Assembly: GCA_002269645.1 (NCBI GenBank)
Contig: NIVC01003998.1
Location: forward strand, 1,849 to 65,848
Direction of reading: 5' to 3'
DNA: 64,000 nucleotides
Source of the DNA: Macrostomum lignano
Lineage: Eukaryota
Positions 21,331-34,250 of this stretch are shown in pieces. The position numbers were made by a program, and so were the translations under genes. How positions within the stretch are numbered: the stretch's first letter is position 1; each line of letters begins with the position of its first letter. Below the pieces are notes generated by a model. It did not search any database. It had not been told where the DNA came from and saw only the letters and a list, made by a program, of their open reading frames with translations.

Positions 21331-24300
21331 TTTAATATTTTTTGCCAATAGAATGCCAGAAAACCCACTTTAAATTCTTCATCAACTAATGCCCATGTAC
21401 ATGTAAGAAATTAAGAATGCATTCTGTATATATATATTACTACTATACTACGAGAATAGTAGTAATATCATATATATCATATATATCTCGTATATAAGAT
21501 ATATATGATATATATGATATATACTATACTACTATTGTACTATACTACTACTATACTATAATACTACTACACTATTACACTAGTGTAAGTTTTTGGCTTT
21601 TGCCGATTCTATAACTAAAAGCTATAACAAAAGGTTGCAGAACTTTTTGATCACCCCTCATATACTCTTTTATGTTAAACTCTATCCTAACTATGAACAA
21701 GTTTTTGTTTGAGTTTGACCTCATATTTTAGAATACATGCAAAAATAATTCCACAGAATGGATTTCTCCAGGTTCAAAATCTGCGGGTTTCAACAGCTTG
21801 TATAGCCTAAAAGACAAATTTATAAAGGTAAGAAAATATGTGACTGAAAACAAGATTATTGATCACATAATATTTAGAAATTGTAATAAAAATGTTTTTA
21901 GATAGATTTTGTGTTAAACAATTATTATATAATAGGCCTTAGCTAAAATTATGCTCATGGATAGCATTTGCATTTGCATTGCATTTAAGCTAATATATAA
22001 ATAATTTAAAACTATAGACTACTATTCTTCTTCTATTAGGAGGGAAATTTTGGATCTTCCATAGTAATAATATTAAGATTATAATTTTAATACCAATAAA
22101 CAAGGAGACTTACCCATAGATAATAAAACACTAGATATTTCACTCTGCATTGAGTTAAGCCATTTTTTGTGTTATAGTCTATGGCTCAAAAAATGTCTAC
22201 TCTTTGGATGAGCATCAGCGTGCAAATGGCAAGAAAAATTGCTAGTTGCTCCAAAAATGAATTTTGATGCAATTGGCACTACTGTGCCTATAGGTGCAAA
22301 AATTCAATTTTCATAAGATCAAATGAAGTGATACCCATTTGGTTACATATTTTTCCTAGCAACCATATGGTTGCTAGTGAATGGCAACATCTGCTTCAAC
22401 TGGAATTCATTGATCTGGCACTTAGTTGCAAAAGAGGCTTGTGTGTCTGCAACACAAATGGGAGTGAACTCAACTTTGATGTTTTGAAAGCTTATATGTA
22501 GGTATGATTTTGTGACTAAGCTGACACAAAAACAACAATACATCACTTTTGCTACCTATATTTAGATCATTTGATGCATCCATGTTCATTCACACTACTA
22601 ACCAAAGAGTAGTTGCAAAAATCTAAACAAGAGTGAACTATCTATGGTTATAGTATCTGTGGACTTACCTAACAATTTAGGTATATAATATATTGCTTTT
22701 CCAACTTTTGCTTCAAGGCCTAAGAATTATAAAAGTGTGTTGTTAAACTGACTAATATTCAAATATTATAACATTAAAACTTATTTATTTTATTCTTAGG
22801 CTATAGATTATTAAATAATTTATTTTATTGTTAGTTTAATTATCACATTTAGAATAGACCACCAAAGAATGAACTATCAGATGATATAGATATGTTAATA
22901 TAAACAAACTAATGGCAAACAACAATACTAATAATGTGCTAATATGATTTAAAGCTTGAAGGCTTGGCAAATATAGTACAAATTATTAGGCTAGTAGAGT
23001 AAAAATGGTTTAAAATAGATTGAAAAATGGCTTGGCACTCCTACTATTAGTATTAATTTCCTATCTTATATCAATCTGCTAGCATAGCTTATTTGTAATA
23101 TTGGTATCTAAATCTGACCATTGCTAAAAATGGTAAAAATTTAAGTATAACTATAGCATAGCATAGAATAGCATTGTTAGATTGTTCTGAATGGTAATAT
23201 AATGCTCTACAATCATTATTATATACTACTTTCCTGCCATTGACTTTATCATAGCAGTAGTGCAAGATATAAAAAAACTAAATTTATCTTATCTAAATCT
23301 TATCTTAAATACCCAGGGTATCTTAGTAATTCAAATATACAAGCTAATTCGTTTTTTTGACTATGTAAATGAATCCTTTTAACGCTAACAGTTAAAATTC
23401 AGTTGACAATTCTTGACAATTCTGAGCATAATTTATATCATATTGATACTCACTAACAGTAGTATATTATGTCTAATTTTATTGAAATTGCCTGACCTAT
23501 GTCTAGATGCTGAAAAATTGAATGATTGTTTCTATTCCTTAGCTTGTTACTATAAGTAGTGTTTGTATTTCGCAACTTTTATTGGACTCCAAAAAAGATC
23601 TTTGAAATGGTCAATTTTTTGTCATTTTTTGGCTTTTGTGGTCCATGCAGTTCCATAGACTAAAGGAAGATGCAGCCATGGCCCCTCGCAGGCAGCGTAT
23701 GGAGGATTCTCAGTTAGGCTGTCAAAAGCTATACTACATTGTAAGGTTACTGTCTGCCCCGTTTTCTCACCGGAACAAGAATTTTTGGCTAGATCCGTCA
23801 ATAGTGCAGCTCTAGTGAATTGCCCATTACATTTCCCGTTTTACACAGTTGCATTCTTTGCCGGATTTTTTACACTTTTTACCTCAAAAAGTTCGTTCTG
23901 CTTTTCTGTTACAGCTCACGATGGTGGACAGAAAAAGCATTCTTAATCGCATATCCGAATTGCCAGTGTGAGATGAGTAAATAGCATTATAGCTTAGTAG
24001 AGCTGCCTCCACAACAGTTGGCTGATAGCAAACAGCCGTAATGCAGGGAGACATTGGCACTGGATGGGCTGTTTTCGCCCTCTTTTGCTATCAAAATTAT
24101 TCTCTTTCCTGCTGGCGGGCTTCTCCATTTAGAGAGTAAACTGTCAATCATTGCACTTTTACACCTTTCCATCACCAACTGTATCGCCTCGGTGCTTGGT
24201 AGCTGATTATTTCCCATTCTTATCTCTTTCATAAAGCAATGGAAGCAGCAAAGTATAGTCTCCTGTATATATATTTAGTTACAGCCCCTCACTGCAGCGC

Positions 24301-26233
24301 TAAATTCGTATGCAAATTTTAAACTAAGTACCATAGGTCTGTGAGTAGTGTATTTTATCAGGGTTAGCATTTTCATCAGCTAGATTTTGTGTTAAACATT
24401 GCTTTCCTTCTTTCCGTTTCTTCATTCAACTCAACTAACTTGAAAGCTAGCCGTCTGTTGCCTCTATCTAGGTATTTAATTTCTTGGGTTAAGCTTTCGA
24501 TCCAAGCCTTCTCTGCTTCTGCTCGCTTTGCTGCCTCGTGTGCATCATTTTCCGTTTAGTTGCGCCCGTGCTCTCTTCCTCTCTCTGTCTCGTGCAATAA
24601 TTGGACTTGGTGGAGCAAAGGCTTTGCAGTTGAATCTTTTGAGGTGGTTCCCTCGCCAGTCTTTAATTAACTGATTCGTTTCACTTGGCTTCTCGCTAAA
24701 CTGGGATTTCGCCAGCGCGTCTTCTTTCATCCAGCAGTTCTTAACTTTTCAGTGCTCCCCGATTCAATATGAGATCTGCATAACTCGGCATGAGACTTAC
24801 TATTTTGTGCATATTCTTTGTTGACAGCTAGCTCCCTTATATTTATATACTTTTCATCTCAATTCCGTCAGATTTGAATTCCTATTTTCAATTTCTAGGC
24901 TTAACGGTTAAGACTGGTTTAATTCGCCGACTTAATCCGTTCGCAAATGTGTGATGATAAGGAATGCCACACTTTCCCCCTGGATTCACTAGCAAGATTG
25001 CGACGGAGCAAAGAGTTACGGTCAGTGAGCAACTAATCTCATTCATAGCAACAGAGTTTTTTGGATGCATAGAATTGCTGAAAGTTAACAACAACTTCTA
25101 CGAAAATACCACGCATTCTACGAACTTTCCTTTTGATTGCTTTTTCCCGTTTTAGTGCATGCGCTTCTACTCAATAAAAGTTACCCGCCAGGAAAGTTTA
25201 AGCAATAAAGTTTTTCTTCTTTAACAGTAGCAGCTGTATTTGTCGCGTGTAAATTATTGTGCGTGTTTCTTTCTATCTGTGTAGACATGCAGTCTTCTAC
25301 TCGCGATATCGACTGTAAAGATCTCCACTGCAGTTTTCCTAAGTGAACTTGCTTGTCTTCCAATCTGTCGTCTGTCTGCTAATAATACATCGGTTCAGCC
25401 CATTTGGGTTTTTTTCGGTCTGGTGGACCTCATTCAGCGATTTACCGAAACTGCATGGCTGGCTAGGGATAAGTGGGCCAGTAAGGGAGGAGTAATCAGG
25501 CTTCAGAACCAGATTAGCTATGCATTGTGAGCGTCGCCGTCGACGCCAGCAAAGTGGAGTATTTGCTCTAAGCCTTGTGGCGAATTGCCGGATTTACGTA
25601 TCCATCCTTGCTGTTCGTGTGCTCCAGTTTCACGGTCGTAATTCAGCTACAATTACCTATCTGCAAAGTGGAATAGGCCCTGTAGGCCGACAATCTCTCT
25701 AGAGGATAGATTTATGCGAAATACTGCACTCACTGCTTTAAGCAATTAGACTAATGCGCAGTGGAAGATATTTAGAGCTACGCTTATTGCAACATCGCGA
25801 TAAACTGTGCCTCTTTAAACTCTAAGCATGTCTACACATGCGAGAGGCCCCAGTTCAGTGTATCAGAATATTAGCTATTAGATTTAAAAGCAAAAAAAAT
25901 AATATGATTCACTAATAATCGTAGTTTGTGTTTATGTAAGGATATCATTGCAATACAACATTTGACATCAATGAGTAAAATAGTATTATTTATTTATATT
26001 TTGTTTCGTGCTTATAATATCAATAATAAGTTTCTAGCATTGGCGCAATCTGTATTGAAAGGAACACTTTTTAAACAGGTAATTGCTTAAATAGCCTTGA
26101 CTAATTTGTGAAGTTGTGCAATAAGTATAGCAGGTGTATTGTAGTGTAACATAATTACAAGTTCAAGTTACGTGTAGCACCTAGCGGATCGAAAACTGTT
26201 TATTCTATCTACGCCGTCGCTATAATTAAGGTT

Positions 26234-26767
26234 TTATAGTCTAGTGTACTTTTTACAGTCGCACAGCACATACGGATTAATAGTCGTCTGGCGGCACTTA
26301 AGAAACTGTTGGCGCTCAGACTTCTCTTCCGCAGCTCTTGCTGCTTCTGCTGCTGAATTTTGTTCTTGCCAAGGCGCTCCACTGTTGTGCCTGGCTCGCA
26401 GTCGCTTGCTAGTTACGTAATAAACGTATCTCGGATCGTCCGCAGGCAGGTGAACCGGTCCATTGTTCTTTTTGCCTTCCGACAGTTTAGTCGATGTTAC
26501 ATTGAGCACACATTCTGCTTGACCGAAGCAGATCAGCTTTAGACAGTTGCAGCCAGTTTCGCTTACTTTGCCGCAATTTCTTAAACTTCGGAATAGTGGC
26601 CGCTTCAAGAATTCGACCAACTCTTCTGTGTAATCCTCAAAGTGTTCCTTCAGCTCGCTTTGCGGATTCAGTTTGCGTATTGCAGAGCGTTTTTCTTTGA
26701 CTCCGAACTTTTTCTGCAGTTTCTTTGCGTCGGACGCGTCAAACTGGGAGATATCGTCGTCTCCCAT
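26234..26767 (-). CDS. Hypothetical 177-aa charged protein, family not recognised
   Basis: ATG start, non-repetitive ORF, protein-like composition; no splice or domain support. Confidence 0.35.
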   Translation of the reverse strand: MGDDDISQFDASDAKKLQKKFGVKEKRSAIRKLNPQSELKEHFEDYTEELVEFLKRPLFRSLRNCGKVSETGCNCLKLICFGQAECVLNVTSTKLSEGKKNNGPVHLPADDPRYVYYVTSKRLRARHNSGAPWQEQNSAAEAARAAEEKSERQQFLKCRQTTINPYVLCDCKKYTRL

Positions 26768-29700
26768 TAGATCCTCGTCTGTAATAGTTCAATTGAATCG
26801 AATGTCTTTAGTCCGTAAAGATAAAAAATTTAAAGATTTTTCAGTTCAAATTCGACATAACGCATAATGATTGAAGGTGAAGCATTTTGTGTCTTCATTT
26901 ATAAGAGCCAATAGTAATCCATTTATTGATTTTTAGCCTTCTTGCTTATATTTAATCTCGTCTATCAAAGGCTTTCTCAGTAGTTTTTTCCCTGAAGACA
27001 GAATATTCAGTCCGGAACAAAAATCCGAAAAAGAAATTTGAGTAAGGGTGACTCCTTTCCCTTCCCATTCCTTCTCCCTGCAAAGTCGGCCGTCTGGGCG
27101 CTGCTGGTCTTGTCAAATTAGCGCCCCCTCCCTGGTTCGACTCACGCTCGACCGACACGGGCATGTAAAACCCCTGCTCAACCCGTACTCTTTATTCCCA
27201 TCTGGTACACGGGCGTGCCTCCTGACGTCCTCCAAGCCAAATCCGGTCATTAACCTTGACGGATCTCGCGGTGTCGTCCGTCTCTAACTATCCGTCCATG
27301 ACTGGGCAAAGCTTTGCTTCTCTTTTACCCTTTCCCATCCTAGCCTCTATGCGCTCAGCTGCCAGCGAAGGCTTTGGATATGCCGGACTGGACTGCAAAG
27401 CTGATTTGATTGCTTTGCTGCTACCGAAATCACACAAGCGAGCTTGCTCCCTTGCTCTGCTTGCCTTTTCCCGTTACTGTAGTCCATGTTGTGCTAGCCG
27501 CGGGAACTGAGGCAGGAGGAGCATCAAATGATTCTCCCTTCCAAACGCTGCTGCACTTTAAAAATGACTGATCGATGCTGCAAACTCGTGTGAGCGGAAC
27601 GAGGCCGCATGTCAAAACTGCGGAATAGCCCAGATATGACTGATTTTCAACTAGAAATATAATGCAAATTTGGTAGCGTGTGTCACTGCCACTAATTGTG
27701 TCTTGATCCCTGCGCCTCTAGCCAAATATTAGCTTGGATGCGCTCTACGTCCCCCTTTTTTTCATATGAGCTTGTCTATTTTAAGCAGTGAATGATTTCA
27801 TCGAAGCAGCTAATAATACTCACAAATATTTATAAATCCAATGGTTCCTAGAAAAAGGAGCAGATTGGCTGATCTCATGACACAAGGCAGCAGATGGATT
27901 GAGCGAGTTTTTCAAGCCGTCCGTGCATCAAACAATTTTTCATCGCGATTTCGTGTCCACTTTTGGTGATTATTTTGCGCTTGTGGCTTTCACGAAAATA
28001 TTTGGCATAGTTTTCTCAGATGCCGCTGTTGGTCGATCTACTGAGCTGCTGATTTTCCCGTCGGTGGACAGGGGCTAAGTGGCGACCTCTGTTGCTCTTG
28101 CTCTTAGCGGGCGACGTTAGCTCCGCAGTCTATAAATGCAGGAGGGTAAGTTTGTGGTTGACCCTTAGTGCAATCGTTAAAACTTCGTGTGCACTCGGTC
28201 GCGAGATCGATGAATTCAGTGCAGAGATGGAGTCGAATGTTTATGATGGCGGGAGGAATCAGCTTCTCGCAGGCTCAAATAACGAGAGAGGAAGCGCAGT
28301 GCAACAGGATGGAAACCAAGGGCAAATCGATCAGCATGCGCAGCCTACGGAGAGATATATGTAGAGGAGATATGTAAATTTTCAATGCAGACTCTACGGT
28401 GAGCTGCAATGACTACTGCTTCGTACCTGATTCGTGCTTGAAACTTGGATGATATTTTGTGACTGCTTTATACTTGTCGTCTCCTTGTTGCACGATTAGC
28501 CACTGCCTTCCTTTTCAGTTCCAAGGATGAAATTAAATACAAAGGGGGGTGGAGGGTTATTGCTTTTATTCTCTTTCCAATTGTATGAATACCGCACTGT
28601 TGGCTGACGTTTCTTAAGCGCAGTCGCTTGCAGTTTGAGAGATGCTCGACGATGGCGAAGTAGCTGGTGGGAGGAGTTGGGTCTCGGGCTATAGGGGGAA
28701 AGGTGAGCCCATGAAAGCTGATCGGGCTCTTTCGTCCTCACCCTATCCCTCCGCTGCCGATTGATAGGCTGTCCGCTCCGGCCTTGAATGCTGATTTGTC
28801 TCTCCTCTCCACGCTGCCTCCACGGTTCCCAACAATCCGGACGGTGTGGATAGGAGGAAGCTTCACTGCTTCCCTCCAAACAGTTTTTTGGTCCTCTGGT
28901 CTCCCCCCCTCTTAGTTGGACTGACTGGCTTGTCTGTCCCTCATTTGCCAAGCCCCTACCCGGATGGATCCCCTAACTAAATATGTCTGTGCACTATTGG
29001 TTTCTTCCATTTTTGTTCCCGCCCAAAGTTCCTATGCATATATTGACGATGCTATATCTGACCCATTATCTGGGACAGCTTGCGCCACAGCCCCCTCCCT
29101 CAAATATTTTCCAATCCTTTCGTCCCGTCTCCCTAGGCTAGCAAGCGTGGGCGCGCAGAGTGGTCACCCGTTTTGCTTTCTATTTGCCACCAGTTGAATT
29201 CCCTGGCCATGCAGAGTTTTGTCCGCCTAAACAGATCTCCCCCGCCCGGTCATGTCGCGTCCCATGACGTGTCCAGTTGTTGCTGCAGCTGTATTCCTAT
29301 CTTGCCAATGCTACCCTCATCCTCTCGGTCTCTCAGTCCATCCCCAAGTACTTAGGTGGAGATTAGTGATGGTATATAGGAAGACCACATGAAAACCTCG
29401 TGCTACATGCTACTCCACTTGACTCGCTGTCGTGTTTCCAACCCTTCCGTGCCAGATTTTATAGTAATAGACATGTGCCTGACTGTCGAATGCCTAGGAA
29501 TTAGAGGTTTAAGAAGTGCCATTGGGGCAGGCTGAGTGGATAATCTACGTCTCGCAAAGCATGATAGCTACACTGTTGCAATGCAGCAAAATCAAGTCGA
29601 CTCGAGAAGCCTCTCCAATTAGACGTTGAGTCTTGCATGCCGGGCAGGGCTCCCAGATTCAGCTGTACAAGCTTCGAATTGCATTCGCACTTTTTAATTT

Positions 29701-30398
29701 GCTCGCCATCCTCGCAGCCGAGTGCCGGACTAAAGTGGGCGCCTCAAGGGCTCTCAACTCAAGTTGGGTTTCGTTATTCCGGGGAAATTCTCGGCCTACT
29801 GTGTCGATGCAAGAAATACATAAATTTTCAGCCCTCTCCTCTCCTTGCAACCTTGAAAGTGAACTTTGCCAAGCATGTTTTGCTTTTGACTTTGCTAACT
29901 AACCCCAAGGAAGAAGTATCCCCACTGTGACTGAGGCGTAGCTCCTCGTCTTGAAAAATGTCACTTAATTGCAGAATTTCTCCGCTTGAATCTACCTATT
30001 TTTTGAAATAAATGCGTCGCATAAAATGTCTTTTCCTCCTAGAAGCAAGACGCATCTGCGTGCTTTCGGAATTTTCTTGTCAAGGTCGGCGTTTTTGCCG
30101 TCCCCCATTTTTCAGCACTCATCCCGCCAATCCTTTCTAAATTTCTAAAAGCTTCTTGCCGCACCCCTTGAAGAATCGCTTGGCCTACTGTGTCAGTGTA
30201 TAGCAGATTCACAGCATTTTGCAGCACACTTTAGTCTTTAGTCAGAGCTCCCACCGTGTCTAGTAGCTTTTTAGTGCTTAGAATCTGCTTGTAGAAATCG
30301 TCCTATCGTCCTACCATGCCGTCACTTCCTATTCGTCTTCCAATGCTTCATTATGATTATACTATTATTTTGCATGCCAAAAAACGAACGAAGCCGCA

Positions 30399-31247
30399 AT
30401 GGACTGGAGGCAGCAACAACAGCAGCAGCCGCAGCAACCACAAGCTCCCAAAGCGGCCGATTTCAAGCGAAGAATCGATGATCTAATTGCTCGAACCCGC
30501 GTCGTCCGCGACAATTCGTCGACTACAACTAGGCCAAGTTCGTCGACCTCGACCGCTGCCGCTGCCGCATCGCCGCAGTTGATGGCGTCGCCTTTCGCTG
30601 TGTCTCGTCGGGGCGCCGCGACGGCGAATCTGTCAACGGCGCCATCTTCCACAGTCAGGGTATCGCAATCGCCGTCGCCGTCTGAATCTTCATCAGATTC
30701 TTCGGAGTCGTCGCAGGCCTCGTCGGCGGCGACATCGCGCCAGTCAACTCTGGCGGCCGGGCCTGCGTCGGCTTCAACAGCCGGCGGCAGTGCGGGCCAC
30801 CGCCTGATCGAGGTGATACCGAATCGGGCGCCTGCGGTCGCTTCGGAATCGACTGCAACGCCGGCCGCTAATTCGGCTTTGCCGTCGGCTTGGCTGTCGC
30901 TATGCGAAGAAGCCACCGCCGCTTCCGGCGGGCAGGCGGCGGTGGCGGCGGCTGCTGCTCTGCGGAAGCAGCTGACTCAGCTGGACGCCTTCGCCAACGC
31001 TGATCCGCGCGATTACTATGGTCAGGCTAGCGAGGAGCTGGCTAACCTGGCCATCCAGCTGGAGGCTTTGGAACGCCAGCTGACGGATTTGAACACCAAC
31101 GCGTTGGACGTGCTACTGGAATTAGCCGCCTGGATGAGCCCGGACGCGCTGGATCCGGCTTTGAATGCGGCGGCCAATTGTCGGCGCTGCACTCGGCTGG
31201 CCTTTCGTCTGTCGCACGATGCTGATGATAGCGAAGAGAGCGACTGA
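30399..31247 (+). CDS. Intronless hypothetical 282-aa protein (poly-Q, Ser/Ala-rich, C-terminal coiled coil)
   Basis: ATG in a GCAATGG context, GC-rich codon usage like the recognised genes, heptad-like segment LANLAIQLEALERQLTDL, AT/T-rich 3' flank. Confidence 0.62.
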   Translation: MDWRQQQQQQPQQPQAPKAADFKRRIDDLIARTRVVRDNSSTTTRPSSSTSTAAAAASPQLMASPFAVSRRGAATANLSTAPSSTVRVSQSPSPSESSSDSSESSQASSAATSRQSTLAAGPASASTAGGSAGHRLIEVIPNRAPAVASESTATPAANSALPSAWLSLCEEATAASGGQAAVAAAAALRKQLTQLDAFANADPRDYYGQASEELANLAIQLEALERQLTDLNTNALDVLLELAAWMSPDALDPALNAAANCRRCTRLAFRLSHDADDSEESD

Positions 31248-32846
31248 GTATGGACAAGATTACTAAAAATAAGTAGGTAATCAAAAACTAATCAAAGTTG
31301 GTGTGTTTTGCTTGTTGTTTTTTGTTTCAAATCCACACAATAGTTGTTACCGTTATGTATCGTTCTGCATTTTATTGCAAACAAGTTTTTCCCGTTGCTT
31401 TTTCTAAAAAATAGTTATTTTAAAAAATAATTCTTTTGCATTTTTGCTGCTGTGTTTTTTCGTTTTCTGTTTTTGTTCTTCATTTTGCTCAGCAACCTCT
31501 TTGAGTCAGGAAAATATATATCTTTTGGCCATTTAATCATGGACTTTTTGTGCTTTATTTCACTTTTTTACGCGAATTTCTAGCCATAGTCGTTAGTTAA
31601 GTCTGCATCGTAGTCAAGTTTCATTAAAGTTGCTCGTCACTTGCCTCAAATCCCGTACCTTAGCCGGATTAGTTTAGGGCCTCATCATCTCCAAGCAGAA
31701 TGCAGCAGAGAAGAGATCCGAGCTTTAAAAAAGTGTCACCTTGGGGACTCGGGTTTGACGTGGTATTTAGACTATGAGGGGGGAGAAAAAGTATATACGG
31801 GACTTCGGTTCCGGGTTGGGACCTCCTATCGGATTACGGCAGAATTTTGTTCGATCATGAATGGAGAGCTTAAGAGGCATGGGGCTGGACAGGGACTGCA
31901 CAGGGCCGGAGTCACTCGGCCACTCAGCCAGTCAGACTATATTCTGAGCTAGCTATGCGGACAGTGTATCGGGGGGGGGGTTCTCGACGCTAATCTGGGA
32001 TCGAGTGTCCCCTAAGTATCGAAGGCAGGCGAGAGAGCCAGCTCCACTCTCTCGTCCCCGTGCAGCCCACTGACCTGAAGGGCCCTAATTGCGATCCGGA
32101 ACTTGAGCAAGAAAAGTTTCTCTCTCATACACAACAGAAACTTGCTTGTGTCCGTTTCTTAGCATTTCAGTTTGCTACTAAGGGGTCGTTAATAAACCAA
32201 GACGACTTTCCGTTCATTCACCTATTCATCGCGTCTCCAAAAATGTTAGGGGGACTGCCTTGCTAGTTCCACGGGCGGAAAATGGCTTGTTATGTCTACT
32301 GTTAATCCGTTTGTATCATCATCTGATCGGTCAAGGCATGAGCTGCTTCGATTCCAAGGCTGCACAACATTAATCTAGAGTTTTGCTCATGAAATCTTGG
32401 GTGTAAGGTTTTAGCCAATCTTCCAGATACAGCGTACAAAGGACTTAAATTTCAATTAAAAGGTCGTTGTGGCAGTTTAAAACCCTTGTATTATATTTAC
32501 GAGTATGACCGTTTTCAATAGCCGTTTTCAATTATAGTGTATCATATGCTATATTTTTCTTCATAGTGTAGATCCAGTACTATTGTAGCTCTTAATAAAT
32601 TATGGATTCAATGTTATGATGATTTTATTACCTATGCATTGGAGCCTATATACTGCTTTGTCTTTAATAGGCTCCTTCGATATCTAATCAAACCCTGCAT
32701 GCTCCGTATCGGCTCAATCATGTCAAGCTTCTAACTCGGAGTTCGCTTTGGCCTTCATCTATTATCCATGAGTATAGTAGCTGCGATTCTTAGACTCTAC
32801 TGACTGCTTTCTGTGGCATAAGTGCAACGAAACATTTGATTCAAGC

Positions 32847-33497
32847 CAGTGGTCGTGGCGGTGGCGCGAATTCGCGCCTGCGCGAAAATGGCGCGAATAC
32901 GCGAATTCTGTGACCATGGCGCGAAAAATGCGGATGGCTAATGGCGCGAAAATATGAAAAATATTCCCCCATTTTTGCGCTATTTTTTCATTAAGAAGCT
33001 TTAAACTCCAGGCACCCATTTGAATAATTAAATTTCATGATGTTCTGCACCTCCATAACTATTTTTACCTTCATATTCACATGTGCATGTCTGAATTTGT
33101 TGGGTATTCTTAGCTGTATATTATATACATGCGCAACAGTCGGCCGAGTCGGCCGATCCGGCCGACCGATTTGGCGGCCAATCAAGGAAGTCGCAAAAAT
33201 TCCCACCCAAAAAATAACCTGAAGAGTAGTACTAAGTAGCTGACGAGGCATTTTAGCTTAATAAAACAGTCATAGTTACTCCTGCCGTTTACCCAAAGTT
33301 GCGTTAATTTTGCTTTCGGGTTTTTTTATATGTAAGTCGCATTTTTGGCCAAAAACTACGTCGCATTTTTGTTAAAACTAAGTCGCACGGCTGACCGAAT
33401 TTTGGAGGTTGCACATGTATGTGTATATATAGATACCTATGGCGCGAAAAAATTTGGGTGGCGCGAAAATTTAGAAGGAGACCCGCCACGACCACTG
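32847..33497. mobile_element. hAT-family MITE (651 bp)
   Basis: Perfect 15-bp TIRs CAGTGGTCGTGGCGG / CCGCCACGACCACTG; 8-bp TSD ATTCAAGC at 32839-32846 and 33498-33505. Confidence 0.92.
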
Positions 33498-33803
33498 ATT
33501 CAAGCTACTTCTGCACGCGATAGGAGCTATCTTTATTCGATGCTTCGGTTCATGCTATCAGTTCTTCAATCTTTTGTACGTATCGTTTTTTATCTTTTCT
33601 CTATCCTTTTAGTGATGTTATGTCTTAATAGCACTCTAAGATTGCGATAGTAAATAATATGGGATTTAGTCGATCTGACCCCATAACTGTAACTACAGGC
33701 ATTGAATTTGTGATTTTAGGCATGTATTTTTTTATGTCCATGGAGATGGAGTGCGATAATAAACAAGTAATGTAACAACTTGCGGTCTCCACCACGAAAT
33801 CTT

Positions 33804-34250
33804 CCACGAGCTCAAAGGCATCATTGGTAGATGAACTCCTCCACTAGCTCAAAGGCATTATTGATAGATGAACTCCTCCACGAACTAAAAGGCATCATTG
33901 GAAGATGAACTCCTCCACGAACTAAAAGGCATCATTGGAAGATGAACTCCTCCACGAACTAAAAGGCATCATTGGAAGATGAACTCCTCCACGAACTAAA
34001 AGGCATCATTGGTAGATGAACTCCTCCACTAGCTCAAAGGCATTATTGATAGATGAACTCCTCCACGAACTAAAAGGCATCATTGGAAGATGAACTCCTC
34101 CACGAACTAAAAGGCATCATTGGAGGATGAACTCCTCCACGAACTAAAAGGCATCATTGGAAGATGAACTCCTCCACGAACTAAAAGGCATCATTGGAAG
34201 ATGAACTCCTCCACTAACTCAAGGGCATCATTGATAGATACACTCCTCTA
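33804..34250. repeat. 37-bp minisatellite, about 12 copies
   Basis: CCACGAACTAAAAGGCATCATTGGAAGATGAACTCCT units (period measured 33841 to 33878). Confidence 0.92.

Noticed and set aside
28964-29197. 77-aa ORF with a signal-peptide-like start
   Set aside because: Short, with no coding-style bias or splice support; likely chance.
33804-34250. 37-bp repeat, which is a CRISPR-like repeat length
   Set aside because: Head-to-tail tandem array with no spacers.
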